Origin: a virus
Lineage: Duplodnaviria > Caudoviricetes
DNA length: 60,650 bases
Virus record (IMG/VR): IMGVR_UViG_3300006924_000018
Location: 1 to 60,650 of that record
Direction: 5' to 3' (one strand)
This document shows positions 6,954 to 14,948 of the stretch, piece by piece. The notes beneath the pieces were generated by a model. That model did no database searches and was not told the origin of the DNA. It worked only from the letters and a program-made list of their open reading frames with translations. Made by a program: the position numbers and the translations under genes. The stretch's first letter is position 1. Each line of letters starts with the position of its first letter.

Positions 6954-8288
6954 ATGAAGCCAGAAGAACTAGAAGAGCTAAACCTTCTTGACGAGAAGAA
7001 GAAAAAGAAGCAACAAAAGGGCAAGAAAAGAGCTCGTAAGGTTGCATCTCGTAAAAAGAAGAAGAAGGATGACCGTTGTACACGCATTGCTAAGCGAAAG
7101 TATGACGTCTGGCCTTCTGCGTATGCTTCTGGCGCTGTAGTTCAGTGTCGTCGTGGCAAGATTTGGAAGGGCCTCAAGGAAGAACAAGAAGGCCCTCTAG
7201 TGGCTGCAGAGGCAGTTATCCTAGATACTTTGAAGGTCGAGGGCGGCGCTGCCGGATTGGAGCCTCTAGAGAAGGCTGTTGAAGCCATAGAACTACCAGA
7301 GGATTTTAACCTAGTGGAGTTCCTTAAGTCTCTTGACTCTGTGGGACAGCACGAAGACGGCGACTATTACGCCGTTCAGGGACTAGAGCAAAACGTCAAA
7401 GAAAACACTGAGTATCAAGATCTTGTTATGCGGTTGGTTCTAGAAAAGCTAGAAACTATGCTAAAAGAAGACGACGACGAAGGTCTTGATAGGTGGTTTA
7501 AGCGCAAGGGGCCTCGCGGTAAGACCGGTGGATGGGTTGATTGTAATACCTGTCGGAAAAATAAAAAGACCGGTCGCACGGAGTGCAAGCAGTGCGGACG
7601 TGAAAAGGGAGAGAAGCGAGCGAAGTATCCTTCCTGCCGCCCTACGCCGGGTGCTTGCAAAGATAAGGGCAAAGGCACATCTTGGGGTAAAAAGTCCGCA
7701 AAGCGATCCAAGCGCAAAAAGAAGATGAAGGAAGCAAGAGACCAAGTTATTTCTATGCTACAAGAGCGCGTCTTTTTGCCCGGACTAAAAGAGCACGTTC
7801 AGAAAGGTATTCCAGTACACGAGAATTTCTATCGGGTTGGATCACCTTGTTTCTTTAATATGTTCAAGCAAGCTAGAGACGCCCACAAAGCGGGTCTCTA
7901 CAACACGGACAATGAAGATGAGCTCTACTACCTAAATGAGACCAACATTGGCGAGAAGGGCCTTTATGAGGGCGAGGAGGTTTATCTAGACTTCCCTTTC
8001 CTCAACGAAGCAGAATACCAAGGCAAAAAGGTTGAGCTTGGCAAGCCTAAGCGCGGTGGTTCCAAGAAGTTCTATGTTTACGTTAAGGACGGCGACAAAG
8101 TAAAGAAGGTCTCTTTCGGATCACCTGATATGCCGCTTCGTATTAGCAACGATAAAGCTAGGGCTTCTTTTGTGGCGCGTCACAATTGCAAGGAAAAGAA
8201 GCCAAGGACCTCCGCAGGCTACTGGTCTTGTAGAATTGGACGCTACCCACATCTTACTGGTGCCAAGAAGAAGTACACTTGGTGGTAA
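6954..8288 (+). CDS. Mosaic basic Cys-rich phage protein (DUF5872-like and DUF6321-like modules)
   Basis: WPSAYASGAVVQCR; LDRWFK..GGWVDC..CGR..KYPSCRP; EAEYQGKKV.LGKP..KKFYVYV..KVSFG..FVARHNC..GYWSCR; ATG 6954 after GAGG. Confidence 0.65.
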   Translation: MKPEELEELNLLDEKKKKKQQKGKKRARKVASRKKKKKDDRCTRIAKRKYDVWPSAYASGAVVQCRRGKIWKGLKEEQEGPLVAAEAVILDTLKVEGGAAGLEPLEKAVEAIELPEDFNLVEFLKSLDSVGQHEDGDYYAVQGLEQNVKENTEYQDLVMRLVLEKLETMLKEDDDEGLDRWFKRKGPRGKTGGWVDCNTCRKNKKTGRTECKQCGREKGEKRAKYPSCRPTPGACKDKGKGTSWGKKSAKRSKRKKKMKEARDQVISMLQERVFLPGLKEHVQKGIPVHENFYRVGSPCFFNMFKQARDAHKAGLYNTDNEDELYYLNETNIGEKGLYEGEEVYLDFPFLNEAEYQGKKVELGKPKRGGSKKFYVYVKDGDKVKKVSFGSPDMPLRISNDKARASFVARHNCKEKKPRTSAGYWSCRIGRYPHLTGAKKKYTWW

Positions 8289-8289
8289 G

Positions 8290-8580
8290 ATGGAAAAGTT
8301 TCCTTTTGAAGAGATTGCCCTAGAGAACAACCTCAAGCTTCGAACGTTTTCACCAGATGTGGATACTGAAGAGTTGGTGTGGCACCGTGACCGTGAAGAC
8401 CGAAAGGTTTTCATTGTTGAGTCTGGTGGTTGGCAATTGCAAATGGATAATGAAATTCCACAATTGTTGGAGAACACAGCTACTTATAGTATACCTGCAA
8501 GGGTCTTTCACCGTGTAATCAAGGGTGAGGGAACTTTGATTGCCTTAATTGAAGAAAAGCCTTTTGGAGAAAACAAATGA
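8290..8580 (+). CDS. Cupin-like protein
   Basis: LVWHRDRE...GWQLQ...IPARVFHRVIKG double-stranded beta-helix pattern; real start is ATG 8290. Confidence 0.65.
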   Translation: MEKFPFEEIALENNLKLRTFSPDVDTEELVWHRDREDRKVFIVESGGWQLQMDNEIPQLLENTATYSIPARVFHRVIKGEGTLIALIEEKPFGENK

Positions 8581-8996
8581 TCAAGATTATTATTGGCAAA
8601 GTAATGGATATGGTCTGCCCAAAGGCTACACAAGACCTTGAGCTGAATACTAAGAACAGGAACGCAGCAATCAAGGAAGACTATATTCAGTATGGGCCAT
8701 TAAACCTAAGCGATGAAGATTACTGGGATAGAGCAGCCGAACACTGGAACACTACACCAGAGGTTGCCAAAGAGTCAAAGTGCTCCAACTGTGTGGCATT
8801 TGACATCTCTCCTAGAATGTTGAAGTGTATGCCGGGACCAACTTCGGAACCCATTGAGGACGAAGACGGCTACCTAGGCTACTGCTATATGCACCATTTT
8901 AAGTGCCATTCAGCAAGAACTTGCTACACTTGGGCCGCAGGCGGCCCCATCAAGAGTGATGAAGTTTCTATGGAATGGCAAAAGAAGAGTGAATAA
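8577..8996 (+). CDS. Conserved Cys-rich phage protein (metal-binding)
   Basis: CPKATQDL..N.KNR, YGP, CSNC, GYC..HHFKC...RTC..W. Confidence 0.65.
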   Translation: MIKIIIGKVMDMVCPKATQDLELNTKNRNAAIKEDYIQYGPLNLSDEDYWDRAAEHWNTTPEVAKESKCSNCVAFDISPRMLKCMPGPTSEPIEDEDGYLGYCYMHHFKCHSARTCYTWAAGGPIKSDEVSMEWQKKSE

Positions 8997-9307
8997 TGAA
9001 AAGATATGAACTACTTGCTACTCCTAATAGCAGCGCAGAGAAAATTAACGAAAACAGGGAAGCTTCTCCGACAGAGTATTACCCTACTCAGGCTTTAAGT
9101 CAGGCCAAGTACAAGTTCTATGAGAACACTATGATGCAGATTGGACGTCTTGTGTCACAGATGGCGAAGGAAGCACAGGCATCTGGCTTGCGAGGCGATG
9201 ATGTTGATTACCTTCTCGATGACACTTTTCCACGGTTAGAGGACGCCGTTGCTTACGCAAAGAGCGTTGTTGAAGTTTTAAGGAACAAAAAGGAAGATGA
9301 AGACTAA
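8996..9307 (+). CDS. Hypothetical protein
   Basis: TAATG-coupled ORF in the operon. Confidence 0.6.
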   Translation: MKRYELLATPNSSAEKINENREASPTEYYPTQALSQAKYKFYENTMMQIGRLVSQMAKEAQASGLRGDDVDYLLDDTFPRLEDAVAYAKSVVEVLRNKKEDED

Positions 9308-9560
9308 CAAAATCTTTGGTAAAAGATCTGACCTTAAGGTTGGTGACCTAGTTTGGTGGACTGATTTGGACAATATCCGCCACAAGAACTATGGTGTTAT
9401 CAAAGAGTTTGAATTGGTTTCGAAAGGTGGAAGGTTTGTTTGGATGGCCATAGTATTTCAGGTCGAAAAAATGAAATACCATACTTTTTTAACTTCTATT
9501 TTGCACAAAGAAGACAAACAGGATAAATTAGATATTAGGGCGAACACTTATGCAATGTAA
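9297..9560 (+). CDS. Hypothetical protein (KOW/SH3-like)
   Basis: LKVGDLVWW...YGVIKE. Confidence 0.55.
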   Translation: MKTNKIFGKRSDLKVGDLVWWTDLDNIRHKNYGVIKEFELVSKGGRFVWMAIVFQVEKMKYHTFLTSILHKEDKQDKLDIRANTYAM

Positions 9561-10140
9561 GATCAAAAACTATACAAAGTATGATATGTCTGATGTCATT
9601 GACATTTTGAAGAAGTTCATCCCATATGCTAAAAAGAAGATGGGCTTCGATAAGCCGGTCGATGTTGATCTTGTGTCCGACCCAGAGAACGGCGTCGACC
9701 CTCTCGGAAAGACAGCATATTATGTTCCTGATGAGATGAAGGTTGTTATTTATACTGATAATCGACATCCAAAAGATATTCTTCGTTCGGTTTCACACGA
9801 ACTTATGCACCACGCACAAAACTGCCGTGGGGATTTCGACAAGATTTCTACTCCTATGACTCTAGGATATGCCCAAGAAGATCCACATCTCCGTAATATG
9901 GAGAAGGAAGCATACGAAGCTGCGTATATCTTTAGAGACTTCACAGACCAGCACTTTGGCGAAGGCTACCAAAAGAAAGAACTCAACGAATGGAAGACCG
10001 AAACTTTGTTTGATCGACTAAATAGTAAGTGGGCAACAGGTGCCGAAATCGAATTCATCGTTGAGAACAATCTACAAAAGGTCAGCCCTATTGGTAGTCA
10101 ACGAAGAGTTATTTACGAGAGACTAAAGAATGCCAAGTAA
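9550..10140 (+). CDS. Zincin-like metallopeptidase (HExxH)
   Basis: GKTAYY, RHPKDILRSVSHELMHHAQ, MEKEAYE. Confidence 0.75.
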   Translation: MQCKIKNYTKYDMSDVIDILKKFIPYAKKKMGFDKPVDVDLVSDPENGVDPLGKTAYYVPDEMKVVIYTDNRHPKDILRSVSHELMHHAQNCRGDFDKISTPMTLGYAQEDPHLRNMEKEAYEAAYIFRDFTDQHFGEGYQKKELNEWKTETLFDRLNSKWATGAEIEFIVENNLQKVSPIGSQRRVIYERLKNAK

Positions 10141-12415
10141 CAGTACGGGAACTATTACATCGGTTGTCGATGCAAATATGGTCATCTTTAGAGGTGGCTG
10201 TACTATTGGCGGTTTCGATTGTTGGACGGATGCCAAGAATGGTGTGGATGGCTCGGGTGCTATTACCCTTAATACGACTGCACAGTCGCAAGCTCGCGGT
10301 ATTGGTGTCGACGATGACCCTAACGGCAACTATGTACAGATTCGTAGATCTTACTTTGTTTTCGACACAAGTGCGATTACAACTGCCAGTGTTGTAACTG
10401 GTGCAGAGTATTCTTTCTTCATTCCAGCTGGCACTGTTACGGCTGGTGGTGTGTACAAGCTTGTTAAGCTTTCCGATAACACTACCGGCAGCTACAATGG
10501 CGGTAGCCCAGTAGCATTTAGTTCAGATGACTTTAACGCTTTTGACGGCGTGTCAACACCCACTGATAGCTTTGCTGGGCAGTCAACCGACTATAGCGAT
10601 GCTTTTACGGGCCTTACTGCGGCTACTTACAATTCCGTAACCCTCACACAAAATGCGCTTGACGATATGGTGGCAAACGACGAAATTAAGTTTGCTATGA
10701 TCGAATACACATATGACTACACTGACAACAACCCTCGGGATGCTGGGTTGGATGGGTTTATGACAGTTGGTACTTTCTATAGTGAATCAACAGACGCCAA
10801 TAAACGCCCAAAGATTGACTATTCGCTCTTTACTCCTGATACACAGGGCACTGACGACGTGTCTACTTTTGCGTATGCTCTCTCTAATGGCCGGTCTTTA
10901 GCGTTTGGTGAAGGAGAAACATTTAGTCCTTTTAGCGACGCAAGTTACACATCCCCTGATTTTACAGAGCACACTAATGTTGTTGTGTTTGACAGTAGTG
11001 ATACTGCGACCGGTCGAGGTAGTTTTACCGTAACTCGCTCCGGCAGTTATATGGCCGTATTTGTGGCTAGAGTAGGTTCAAACGATGCTGAAAGAAACGT
11101 CGTCACATCTAGAATCAAGCTAAACAGTACTCCCCAAATTACAGCACAGTTTGGCGTAGATTCGAGTTTAGGGCAGGTCGAGAGAACTTCCCACGCAGTC
11201 CTAAAAGACTTGGCAGCCGATGATGTAATTACTTTTGACCTATCGGTCACCGGAGATCTTCAAAGCGATGCAATCACTTCAAGGGCCGGCACTGCAGCCT
11301 TCATTTATTACCTCGACGAAGGCTTTGGAAACTTGCACATTACTGCCGAGACTACGCCGGCATCTACAGCAGAATACAACCCGTTTGACGCTACAACTGC
11401 TCCGGGTAGTGGTGCCACAATTGTAAAAACATACGACGACGGAGGCAGGGTTGTTGAAGCACCAAGTGCAAATTCTGGCTCACTCAAGGTATCACAGACG
11501 TCAAGAGCGTTCACTGTTGCTAACTTGTACTCAACATCAGCTGAGGTTAGCGACCACTCTGTCGACAATTATGTAAAAAAGAATGGCACTCCTTTGAGTT
11601 ACCAAAGAGTAAGACTAGATCTGCAGCAGGACAGTGTTGAATCAACTCTTGTAGCGATGGATGAGCACAGCACCAATGATACCTTCTTTACTACTATGGA
11701 TGGCGTGCTATCAAACGACATTAAGACCTCGGCTGGATCTAGTTTCAGCGTTATCGAAGTCCCTTCTGTCGCTAACTTTGCTAGTGTGGGTCTATTAAAT
11801 AATACTGATCAAGTTACAGCGCTCAACGTGCTCAATCCGTTTGATGAAGATTACTCAAGTACTTGGGGAGTCAACGCTGCTAGCTCAAGCGTTATGTATG
11901 ATTCTGGTTCCGGGCGGTTTTACCTTGGGAGAGATGGTAACTACGCGATGGTTCTATCGGCACTTTATAACGTTGGCGGCGATACCGAAGTTGGCTTGAG
12001 TGTAAGAAAGAACGGAACTTCTGTATATACGTTCGACCAGACTTTCGATTCCGATACCGACCCACAAGAACAAACAAATATCATTTTGTTCAACAGCGCT
12101 TCAGGTGGAGACTACATTGATGTGTTTACCTCTGCTTCTGCAGCTGATCACTTCTTGCGGGCTGGTACATCCGTATTTATGTTCGAGCTTACGGGAACTT
12201 TGTATGTCCCGCCACCGCCGCCGACACCACCTAGCGAGGCCGTAACTGGATCTTTTTATTCACCAGAGTACGTAATTAATACTTATGCCGATCTGTCAGC
12301 ACAGTACGATAAAGCAGTAGCTCAGGTGCCATTTGCGCTAGGTACACCCGGACCCGGAAGATTGAGACTTCTATCAAAGGCACCAGTAATTTCCACTGGG
12401 AATAAAAAGAACTAA
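10130..12415 (+). CDS. Virion spike/fibre or decoration protein with three C1q/BclA-like beta repeats
   Basis: S/T/G/D-rich; repeats marked by SPF/NPF and GxFxxxxxGxY; poly-Pro linker before the C-terminal module. Confidence 0.6.
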   Translation: MPSNSTGTITSVVDANMVIFRGGCTIGGFDCWTDAKNGVDGSGAITLNTTAQSQARGIGVDDDPNGNYVQIRRSYFVFDTSAITTASVVTGAEYSFFIPAGTVTAGGVYKLVKLSDNTTGSYNGGSPVAFSSDDFNAFDGVSTPTDSFAGQSTDYSDAFTGLTAATYNSVTLTQNALDDMVANDEIKFAMIEYTYDYTDNNPRDAGLDGFMTVGTFYSESTDANKRPKIDYSLFTPDTQGTDDVSTFAYALSNGRSLAFGEGETFSPFSDASYTSPDFTEHTNVVVFDSSDTATGRGSFTVTRSGSYMAVFVARVGSNDAERNVVTSRIKLNSTPQITAQFGVDSSLGQVERTSHAVLKDLAADDVITFDLSVTGDLQSDAITSRAGTAAFIYYLDEGFGNLHITAETTPASTAEYNPFDATTAPGSGATIVKTYDDGGRVVEAPSANSGSLKVSQTSRAFTVANLYSTSAEVSDHSVDNYVKKNGTPLSYQRVRLDLQQDSVESTLVAMDEHSTNDTFFTTMDGVLSNDIKTSAGSSFSVIEVPSVANFASVGLLNNTDQVTALNVLNPFDEDYSSTWGVNAASSSVMYDSGSGRFYLGRDGNYAMVLSALYNVGGDTEVGLSVRKNGTSVYTFDQTFDSDTDPQEQTNIILFNSASGGDYIDVFTSASAADHFLRAGTSVFMFELTGTLYVPPPPPTPPSEAVTGSFYSPEYVINTYADLSAQYDKAVAQVPFALGTPGPGRLRLLSKAPVISTGNKKN

Positions 12416-12419
12416 TTAT
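12411..12419 (+). promoter_or_regulatory. Putative late promoter motif
   Basis: ACTAATTAT upstream of 12438. Confidence 0.5.
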
Positions 12420-12437
12420 TAAATATAGGAGGGGATT

Positions 12438-12677
12438 ATGAACCCAAGAAGAAGACGTGAACTCCGACGCCAGCGTGCAGAAGCTGCGGCTGCAAAGATC
12501 GAAGTTGCACCAGTAGTTGAAGCACCAGTTGTCGAGGCGCCAGTTGTCGAGGCTCCTGTTGTAGAAGAGGCGCCTGTAGTTGAGGAGGCACCAGCCGCCG
12601 AGGTTGCAGAGGAGAAGCCAAAGAAGACCACACGTCGTCGCAAGACACGTAAGCCAGCTGCTAAGAAAGCGGAGTGA
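12438..12677 (+). CDS. Small protein with basic termini and central EAPVV repeats
   Basis: Strong GGAGG RBS; RRRRELRRQR...(E)APVV x5 then EEAP...KKTTRRRKTRK. Confidence 0.75.
   Translation: MNPRRRRELRRQRAEAAAAKIEVAPVVEAPVVEAPVVEAPVVEEAPVVEEAPAAEVAEEKPKKTTRRRKTRKPAAKKAE
12507..12593 (+). repeat. Coding tandem repeat, 15-18-bp unit (APVVE/APVVEE)
   Basis: Imperfect GCNCCWGTWGTHGAR units with synonymous variation. Confidence 0.85.
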
Positions 12678-12682
12678 TTTAA

Positions 12683-14716
12683 ATGTTGAACCTTTTGCTT
12701 GAGGGCGGTGTAGCAGGCCATATGAGCCATCTATATGAAGACCCTTCTCTTACCTTTACCAAAATGAAAGAAATCCTTCTAGCGGCCTCACAGGGCTCAC
12801 TAGAGGGCACAGAGAAGGTCGACGGCCAGAATCTGTTCTTGTCCTATGATGTCAAGACCGGTAAGGCCAAAGCCGCTCGAAACAAAGGGAACATCAAGGC
12901 CGGAGGTCTTTCTGCGTCTGAGCTAGCTGCAAAGTTTGCTGGACGTGGAACTGTCGAGGTTGCTTTCAACGATGCTTTTGCAGCATTTGAAAAAGCAGTC
13001 GAGAAGTTCTCTGACGAGGAAAAGTTGGAGATCTTCGGCCCTGATACTAACATCTATTACAATGCCGAGATTCAAGACCCTAGAAACGCGAATCTCATCA
13101 ATTATGACTTCAAGGCACTAAAGATTCACCGAGACGGCCACGCCGAATTTGATCGTGAAACAGGTGCCCCCACAGGCAGGGACGTTAACACCGATATAGC
13201 TGCCATCCAGAGCGCACTTGAGAGAGTTCAAGATGAGCTTGAAGGTGAGCACCGTATTGAGATGAATGCTCTTCGCAAGCTTGTAAAGCTTGAGGATGAC
13301 AGTATTGTAGAAGATACTCTCGACCGCCTAGAAGCTGCACTTGATGCTGAAGGTATCAGCGACAACCAGACGGTTGGTGATTATCTAATTACAAGAATCT
13401 CAAATATGATCGACGCTGCTGTTGACGTAGATCGTGAAGCGAAAATCCTAATCATCAAGAAGATTATGGGGGTTAAGGGCTTGAACATTAATAAGATTCT
13501 TAAAATGGTCCCCGAGGATCAGGACAAGGCTGTTGTAAGGCAGATGGTCAAGATGTCAGCCGACATCAAGAAGAAGGCCATCCAACCAATCGAAGATATT
13601 ATTCACGATTTTGCTGTTGAGATGCTTTCTGTCTTTGAATCAGCATACGTTATCGACAATTCTGCGGAAGCAATGCGACTTCGTAAGGAAGTAGAGCAAG
13701 CAATTGATCAAATCAAGGCATCCGGTAACGAGGAAGCAAATGAAGTACTAGTACAGCAGTTGAGGAAGCTAGAAAAGCTAGACAAGACCTTGACTGCTGC
13801 TGAGGGCTTTGTGTTCATCTATGATGGTAAAACATACAAGCTAACCGGCAACTTTGCTCCTATCAATCAGATTCTTGGTCTCTTCAAGTATGGTCGTGGT
13901 AGTATTCCACCGGTTCAGAAAGTAAACGAACAAGACGAAGCTGAAAGATCTGGAAAGAAGAAGATCGGCATCTACGCTGGCCGGTTCCAACCTATGGGTC
14001 GTCACCACTATAATGCTTACAAGTCCATTGTTGACAGTGGCTTGGTCGACGATGTATATGTTGTGACAAGCGACAAGGTTCAACTTCCAAAGTCTCCATT
14101 CGACTTCAAAGAGAAAAAGCAGATTATTGCTGCTCACGGAGTACCGACTGATCGTATCGTAAAGGCCAAGAATCCATACAATGCTATGGAGATCGCCAAG
14201 AATATGGATCCTGAAGATGTTGAAATCGTGTACTTCGTTGGCGGTAAGGATATGGCTGAAAACCCAAGGTTCAGCAAGACCTCTGGTACAACAAAAGAAG
14301 GTTATGACTGGAGTTTGGCGATTACACCTTTTGGCTCTCTTGATATTGAGGGCCTAGGCCGTATGTCTGGTACTAGAATGCGCGAGCTTCTAGCCACTGG
14401 GGATATGGAGATTCTTAAAAAAGTGATGGGACCAGAATTCGACCTCAGTGTTGCTCCGCTAATTTTTAAGAAATTAAAAAAGTCAGAGCCAGTTTCAGAG
14501 AATATTAAAAAAGATTTTAAAAAAGAAGAGAATCTTAAAGAACTCGAAGACTTGTTTAAAGAAGTTTTTAATAAAAAGTTTAAGAATCAATTCATTGATC
14601 TGGATATGCTCCTAGGAGACGAAATGCCCCTAGAAGAGGAAGAAGAACTCGACGAAATGTCCGGTGCTGTCGGAGGAATGGGCTTTGCGGGTCCAGTGTC
14701 GGATGACAAGGAGTGA
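12683..14716 (+). CDS. DUF6267-like/ligase-type nucleotidyltransferase domain fused to a cytidylyltransferase (HIGH-superfamily) domain
   Basis: GHMSH, TEKVDG (KxDG), EGFV, YKLTG; then GRFQPMGRHH, PFDF.EK, KNPY, VGGKD, MSGTRMR. Confidence 0.65.
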   Translation: MLNLLLEGGVAGHMSHLYEDPSLTFTKMKEILLAASQGSLEGTEKVDGQNLFLSYDVKTGKAKAARNKGNIKAGGLSASELAAKFAGRGTVEVAFNDAFAAFEKAVEKFSDEEKLEIFGPDTNIYYNAEIQDPRNANLINYDFKALKIHRDGHAEFDRETGAPTGRDVNTDIAAIQSALERVQDELEGEHRIEMNALRKLVKLEDDSIVEDTLDRLEAALDAEGISDNQTVGDYLITRISNMIDAAVDVDREAKILIIKKIMGVKGLNINKILKMVPEDQDKAVVRQMVKMSADIKKKAIQPIEDIIHDFAVEMLSVFESAYVIDNSAEAMRLRKEVEQAIDQIKASGNEEANEVLVQQLRKLEKLDKTLTAAEGFVFIYDGKTYKLTGNFAPINQILGLFKYGRGSIPPVQKVNEQDEAERSGKKKIGIYAGRFQPMGRHHYNAYKSIVDSGLVDDVYVVTSDKVQLPKSPFDFKEKKQIIAAHGVPTDRIVKAKNPYNAMEIAKNMDPEDVEIVYFVGGKDMAENPRFSKTSGTTKEGYDWSLAITPFGSLDIEGLGRMSGTRMRELLATGDMEILKKVMGPEFDLSVAPLIFKKLKKSEPVSENIKKDFKKEENLKELEDLFKEVFNKKFKNQFIDLDMLLGDEMPLEEEEELDEMSGAVGGMGFAGPVSDDKE

Positions 14717-14738
14717 GATTCCTTTTGTGACGATTGTG

Positions 14739-14890
14739 TGACATTATGATTTTTTTGTTGTCGAACCAACCTACGTTTGGTATTCTTTCTAAGTCAAAAC
14801 ATAATGTCATAAATAAATTTCAACTAAATAAATAAAAACAGTTATTCTGATTTAGTTGAAACACTAAGTAGAAACATTATAGTAGAAACA
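14739..14890. repeat. AT-rich intergenic element with two inverted repeats and a direct repeat
   Basis: TGACATTATG 14739 / CATAATGTCA 14800; TTTCAACTAAAT 14818 / ATTTAGTTGAAA 14850; AGTAGAAACA at 14867 and 14881. Confidence 0.75.
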
Positions 14891-14912
14891 ATAGAAAAGA
14901 TAGCTGATAGAT

Positions 14913-14922
14913 ACTAATTATA
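14913..14922 (+). promoter_or_regulatory. Putative late promoter motif
   Basis: ACTAATTATA upstream of 14949. Confidence 0.5.
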
Positions 14923-14948
14923 ATAGCTGTCACTGCTACGGAGTTATT

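Noticed and set aside
10017-10026. Late motif on the minus strand (ACTAAATAGT on +)
   Set aside because: It lies inside a CDS with no plausible minus-strand gene downstream; likely chance.
12507-12593. Short repeats as a CRISPR array or DNA-level VNTR element
   Set aside because: There are no spacers, and variation is at third codon positions, so it is a peptide repeat.
14717-14948. tRNA or known ribozyme/riboswitch in the intergenic region
   Set aside because: I recognised no cloverleaf, T-loop or catalytic core consensus.
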